From Eledone cirrhosa (Eukaryota): DNA of 35,166 bases. Below the pieces are notes generated by a model. The model saw only the letters and a program-made list of their open reading frames with translations, ran no database searches and was not told the origin of the DNA. Where the stretch lies: assembly GCA_964016885.1 (NCBI GenBank), contig CAXHJY010000169.1, forward strand, positions 1 through 35,166, read 5' to 3'. Below are positions 29,346 to 35,166 of this stretch, piece by piece. The position numbers were made by a program, and so were the translations under genes. How positions within the stretch are numbered: position 1 is the first letter of the stretch; every line of letters begins with the position of its first letter.

Positions 29346-30574
29346 TAAATATATGTATGTATATATATATATAGTATAAATAGAGTATTAAGAAACACTA
29401 GGCAAAAAGAGATATATAAATTTGATACGTTTAACACTTCTAATGTGCAATCTTCTTCATATTCTAGCGAGAAATATATCAGTGTCTAACTGTTAAATAA
29501 ATGGCAGGGAATTAACAGATGTTACTGTCTGAGATGTTGCAGAAGTGTATTCAAAGTTCCATGGTTTATTGACATAGTAGTGCTAATAATGATAAAATAA
29601 ATTTTGATAATATGAATGCTATCTAAATTGTTCTATTAACCAACTTTTAAGTACCACCAGATCTTGCCAGTAAATACATAAAACATCTAACTACTCAAAG
29701 ATTGTTAGTTCTTCTTAGCTGATTAAATGATGTAATCAATCATTGATATTTCTAGCCATAGACAGCCCCTTTTTATTTTCAGGAACACTAAACTAAGATT
29801 TAGGATTTTACCATATGATCTATATTTAAAAAATGGTCAGTTGTTTGTTAAAGGTGATTTGATTGCATCACAGATCATCACAGATCAGGTTATGCAATGA
29901 AACAAGAGCTGCATTGCATTCCTCATATTAGTTATATGTCAATATTTGGAAAGAATTATATCAACAATGATACAAAAGCATCAGACTTTTCAATTAAATG
30001 CAAAACTTTACTGCTGACAAAACCATAACATAAGGCAGTAGAAGTTATAAACATCAAAAATGGAGAATTTGAGAAATAATATTAGGCATACAAATCTCAA
30101 TTAATAATACATTTAATCTGTTCTGAGTTAAACTTGTGTCAAAAGAACGTGTGGATTTAAATTTCATTCTTAAAATACTACTTCAGGAGATATTGATGAT
30201 ACATACAACACATTTTTTTATAAGAAATCAATAGATTAACTAAAAGAAATCAAATTTACAAAATAACAACATAAAATTTAGTATCTCAGAAACAATTGAA
30301 AAATGTCTAGTAATCATGAAAGTAATTTTAGTTTTTAAAATGTAAAACATACCAATGAATGAAAACTATATTTAAACAGCATCCCATGTTCATTCATTCA
30401 CATACATATATAAGAACAGATGTTTATATTTAGAAAAACAAAGGAGAGCATATATTTTGTTTATATATATATATAGTGGTAGAACACTGGAAGGTAATAT
30501 CTGTAGTGGGAGAGCACTCATTCCATGGGACGAGTTAGGTAGAAGTGGTTACACAACAGCTAGTTCACCATACC

Positions 30575-30610
30575 GAGAACAATTGTTTCACCTTAGCGGA
30601 TCCTCAGCTC
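30575..30610 (-). ncRNA. Minimal type I hammerhead ribozyme, intact core
   Basis: GAG-CTGAGGA-t-CC gctaa GG-t-GAA-ACAATTGT-T-CTC. Confidence 0.8.
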
Positions 30611-30622
30611 ATAATGCATTAC

Positions 30623-30658
30623 GAGCTGAGGATCCGCTAAGGTGAAACAATTGTTCTC
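30623..30658 (+). ncRNA. Minimal type I hammerhead ribozyme, intact core
   Basis: GAG-CTGAGGA-t-CC gctaa GG-t-GAA-ACAATTGT-T-CTC; GUU site ends 30655; palindromic stem III. Confidence 0.8.
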
Positions 30659-30687
30659 AGTATGGTGAACTAGCTGTTGTGTAACCA

Positions 30688-30762
<75 letters not shown>

Positions 30763-31420
30763 ATATATACCTTGAGAGAGAGAGAGAATATGTTGTTGTC
30801 ATCTAACCACTCCTTCATGAGCACGTTTATGAGCCTATGTTTATACATGTATTCTTATTTCCATCTCGTAGATACAAAAATACATTAAGCTGAGAATTAC
30901 ATATTAATAAAGGCACTTAGAGCAACAAATGCACAATGATCACCACTGAAATATATTTTTATACACACATTAATTTATTTATTCGTATTTATAAATATGT
31001 TAGAATTTGAAAAATCTAAGTGAAGTGTGAATCACAACATGAATGAATGGTTATTTTTACGAAGACAGATTTAAATAGAAATATTTTTTCCCGTTTTAAT
31101 ACACTTTTCTATTCAAAAATGGAAACAGAATTTGTGAAATGGTAAAAATTCTTATTATTTATAGATAACTGGAATAAAAATGATGTTTTCTTTTATTTAA
31201 TTCTTTACCATTATGTTTCTTTTTTTTTCTGCAGAGGAAGGGGTAAAAATGAATGAAAATAATAAATATAAATGCAAACACATGAAATATGAGAGTCTAG
31301 AGGCAAACAAAATGAAATGTATCTTGCTTCAATGTGTGACATTAAACCACATTTCATAATAGAAACATACACTAATTATCTTTATATAATACTTATTATT
31401 CCCATAGAGATATGTCTAAT

Positions 31421-31493
<73 letters not shown>

Positions 31494-31897
31494 GGGAAAT
31501 GAATGTTTACGTACACATACACATATATTAATATAATATAATATAAATACATATAAATACATATTTATAATATAATATAATATATATATATATATATATA
31601 TATTCAGAAAAAAATGAATGATTACATACATGAACATTTTTAGGTTTATTGAATGCCCTTAGTTTAGATCTATGTTAATTCTAAGTCACTAACAATCTTG
31701 CTTAGTTCTGTAGTTCTGTTGCCAATATACATTTACCAACTTTTTATAATACGTTATCATCATATAACTATATTTTAAGAAACAACATTGGATAACAACG
31801 TTGTTACTTCTGAGATAGAAGTTCTGTTTAACAATGTTTTGCCTATATTTTGCATTTAGTTTGTTACAAGTTATGCCATATTTAACTACCTATATAA

Positions 31898-31960
<63 letters not shown>

Positions 31961-32435
31961 GCGAGAGACATGTATCTCAGAGAAGATAACATCCTCTGTA
32001 GAAGTATTCACAATTTCTTATTTTTTGATAAACTTTCACTGCCTGGCAGTAATAGAATCAGTTATTTAGCAGATGATTTGTCCTATTTTGCTTAGAGCAG
32101 TGTTTACATGTTATAAGCAAACACAATTGTATCAAATATTGCTTCCTCTCAAAAAGAATATTTTGCACTATTTACTTAGAAATATAATTTCAAACAGTTT
32201 AGTCAAATCTAGAATAACTATATATGCACTGCAGACATATGCATATACTGATTATTGTATACATACATTAATATCAGAAAATTAAGAAGAAAAAGATAAG
32301 GGAAGAAAACAGATGGAAAAAATAAGTAAACTTTATAAGTACTGTAGAATTTAGCAGGTGTTCATTTATTGAAATGAATATTATGTTTGAAGTATTGTGT
32401 GTGTGTGTATATATATATACATATATATATATATA

Positions 32436-32476
<41 letters not shown>

Positions 32477-32962
32477 ATAAACACATGTCTGTGTGTGTGT
32501 AAGTAGATTCCAATACAATCTGCTCCAATTTATGCAAGCATAAATTTGAAAACATGAAGCAGTGACTGCACAAATAATATGCAGCCTCCAGTGTATTGTG
32601 TATATGTGAATGTTTACATGCATGAATTTCTGCGCAAACATCTGTGTATTAGTGAGGAGTAACTAATATATTTGATATTTTCTGCCATCATAACCAGAGC
32701 AAGCATGGAATTTTGTAGTAATTCAAATTGCCACCATAGTAGACAGGCAGCAATCTCCTCAATGAATAAGATTTCAGCAAGATAACAACATATTCACAAA
32801 TGAAAGCAATAAGCAAAATCAAATAGGAGAAGAAATGCCTAATTGCCAGCATAACTTAAGACACAGCATTGGTGTGAATATGCAATATGGACAAAATATA
32901 ACAACATTCCACAAATACAGTTACACATTTTGAGTTATTCATTGTAAAAAAATATTGCTACG

Positions 32963-33135
32963 GTTAATATAAAGAATGATATGCTTGTGCACAGAGATGA
33001 TATAAAATAGCTTATGAAAATAGAGTAAAAGCCTGTAAAAGCCAGAAAAAGGAGTTGCTATTGGCCAGTATGAGGAATTGAACCCATACCTTCCAGATAT
33101 TGGCTAGGTACTTTTAATCATTATGATAAGGGACC
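32963..33135 (-). mobile_element. tRNA-headed element whose body matches the 20092-20287 arms
   Basis: 33135-33062 is a ~74-nt tRNA-like head (ggtc...GGGTTCAATTCCT...ggcca), then tagcaactcctttttct...gctattttat..catctctgtgca...tcattctttatattaac. Confidence 0.6.
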
Positions 33136-33487
33136 AAAACAACACTCAATCATCTTTTAAAATAAATACCTAGCTATATAAGAGCTTTCATAGCAATGAA
33201 GAATTATATACAATATATGTTTTTAATATAAAACTAACATAGCTGTAACAACTGTATACTGTCTAAAAGGAATTAAATTTCTTAAACAGAACTATGAAAT
33301 ATTATAATATCATGAATCCATAAATGAAGGAATGTATTTAAGGAAGGTATTTTTCAAAAGAGTTCATTTTGAAAAGCAATTCCTACTTAATGTTTTCTAT
33401 AATCAGGGTTTACAGTTTTCTGAAATGTTTGTACAAATCAAAGATAAATCTTGGGTTAATTAACACACATTATATGTCTAAAAACTC

Positions 33488-33760
33488 TAAAGTCTGCCTT
33501 AAGCCCTGAGGCTCATCAGGCTTATCCTAGTTTCCATTGTGACTAAGAGTACATGACTGCCCCTGGATAGAACACCAGTCCATTGCATGTTTAAACCCTC
33601 AGCTACTGCTGATACTCATTTTCAGCTGAGTATACTAGAGTAACATGAAAGAAATTGTTTTACACCAGAACACAACACCCAACCGTGTCCAGGAATCGAA
33701 CCCACTACATTATGATTGTATGTCCAATACCCTTAGCATTAAACCATGTAACCCCACACT
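33488..33760 (-). mobile_element. tRNA-derived SINE with a different (non-RTE) tail
   Basis: B box GGGTTCGATTCC, tactcagctgaaaatgagta core, tail gcaatggactggtgttctatccagggg...aggcagacttta. Confidence 0.65.
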
Positions 33761-34311
33761 TTATAGGCTAGAAAATAATTTTAGCCAGTGTTTCAAAACA
33801 TTATCATTTTCATCTTTTATCTGTAATGTTCTCAAGTGCATATTTCTCTTTTAGGATAATACTGTCAGCCGGGGCCATTTGGTATGTGCACAGAGACAAA
33901 CTCTTCAGAAATACATAGATGGAGTGTTCCAAATATTGATGTCACACGGATTTCGGTTGAAAAGCTGTTATTTCTTGTATAACAAATACAACTATCAATT
34001 TAGTCTATCATGAGGATCATTCTGCCAAATTACCTTGTTTAAGAAGTGGAAGAGATAATTGATGCTGTATTGCATCTTTGGCAAAAGAGAGTATATGGTG
34101 TAAAGAGAAGTACTTTCTTCTTCAGCTAAGTCCTTGTCAAACTCTTCAAATTTCACTTGGAAAAGAAGGTAAGATATACAAAAATAACCAACAGGAACAG
34201 ACCTACTCACAACATACATATACAGACTAGAGAATACAATAATGAGATGGCACTTTGACAACTGTGTTAAGAGTGCATGGGTTTGTGGAATACTCAGCCA
34301 TTTACACATTG

Positions 34312-34611
34312 ATGTAAAGTTATGTTGGTGCCACACCATCCAGGCTGAAACAAATGAGATCGTGTAGGTGTCACGTCAAAAAAACACACAGTTCACGTTG
34401 TAATGTGGCCGTGTAGGCAACACGGTAAAAACCTCCCAGACCCACACTGTAAATGTGGTTGGTGTTAGGAAGGGCATCCAGCTGTAGAAAACCCGCCAGA
34501 TAGTCCTATGCGAGCAAGATAACCACTCTTGCCTCAAGTGGGAAAACCCTCCGTCCAAACCCATGCAAGCGTGGAACACGGACGTTAAACGATGATGATG
34601 ATGATGATGAT
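34312..34611 (+). mobile_element. RTE 3' UTR fragment with (GAT)n tail
   Basis: Very similar to 17986-18290. Confidence 0.92.
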
Positions 34612-35057
34612 AATTTCATGAGCAGACAGTTCTGCTGATTGAATTAACTGGAGCCATTGTCAGAATCGATGGACGTCCAACAACTATTTAGAGGGAATAG
34701 GTGTTGCAGCAAAAAAATGTTGTTGTATAACAAAAGAATAATCCGTGGATTTACTAGACACTCAGTTGTATTAATTTCAATTAATACTCTTCAGACAACA
34801 CTGTGACTGTAATTAGGTTCTGTTGTGTAAAACGGGTGTTTCTATTTATGTCACGATACAAAAGAAAAACAAAAATAAAATACAGATGAATATCATTGTA
34901 AATGACAGGTGACAAACATTTCAAGTAAATCAGCTTCCATGATGCAAATGCAAAATGAATAGTTGTCACCTAATGTGCAATACAGAAACATTTAAATAAC
35001 GAACAGAACGGTATGACAATAAATGTCATCAATTTATCTATCTCACATCCATTATTT

Positions 35058-35166
35058 ATTGGCAGTATTGGTAGAGGGTCGGACGCCATGCTTTCCAGCA
35101 TAGTTACGTCCCTTTACGATCTGAGTTCAAATTCCGCCGAGGTTAACTTTGCCTTTCATCCTTACT
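35058..35166 (+). mobile_element. SINE (second family), cut by the window end
   Basis: tggcagtattggtagag...ctgagttcaaattccgccgaggttaactttgcctttcatcct. Confidence 0.8.

Larger units (their letters stand above)
30543..30690. mobile_element. 148-bp spacerless palindrome made of two head-to-head hammerhead elements, between (TA)n runs
   Basis: Centre taatg|catta at 30616/30617; only two mismatched pairs (30574/30659, 30611/30622). Confidence 0.95.

Noticed and set aside
33495-33525. Minus-strand CTGATGA-gcc tcag ggc hairpin
   Set aside because: No GAAA or stem III follows; it is part of a SINE tail
33855-33881. IILSAGAI resembling the GMC oxidoreductase motif
   Set aside because: Only 8 residues, with no other GMC exons visible

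Overview
AT-rich, repeat-dominated eukaryotic (animal) DNA; the mix of RTE LINEs, tRNA-derived SINEs and huge (TA)n arrays looks most like an octopus/cephalopod genome (inference). No host protein-coding gene is securely identifiable, and the long Tyr/Ile ORFs are (TA)n artefacts. The window holds one near full-length and one 5'-truncated decayed RTE LINE (APE endonuclease + RT + embedded C4HC3 PHD-like finger), many 5'-truncated RTE copies and 3' tips, a BovB-like RTE relic, a CRE-like relic and several SINE families. The most striking signal is non-coding. At least five sequence-unrelated short elements carry type I hammerhead ribozyme folds (770-820 +; 3378-3418 and 3826-3866 +; 12350-12398 -; 16057-16095 - / 16140-16178 +; 30575-30610 - / 30623-30658 +), with further degenerate ones. 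They lie in or beside (TA)n arrays, occur as tandem or head-to-head inverted copies, and share an unusual U..U apposition at the base of stem II. This is the architecture of Penelope-like element (PLE) LTRs and animal retrozymes, but no PLE ORF is visible here.
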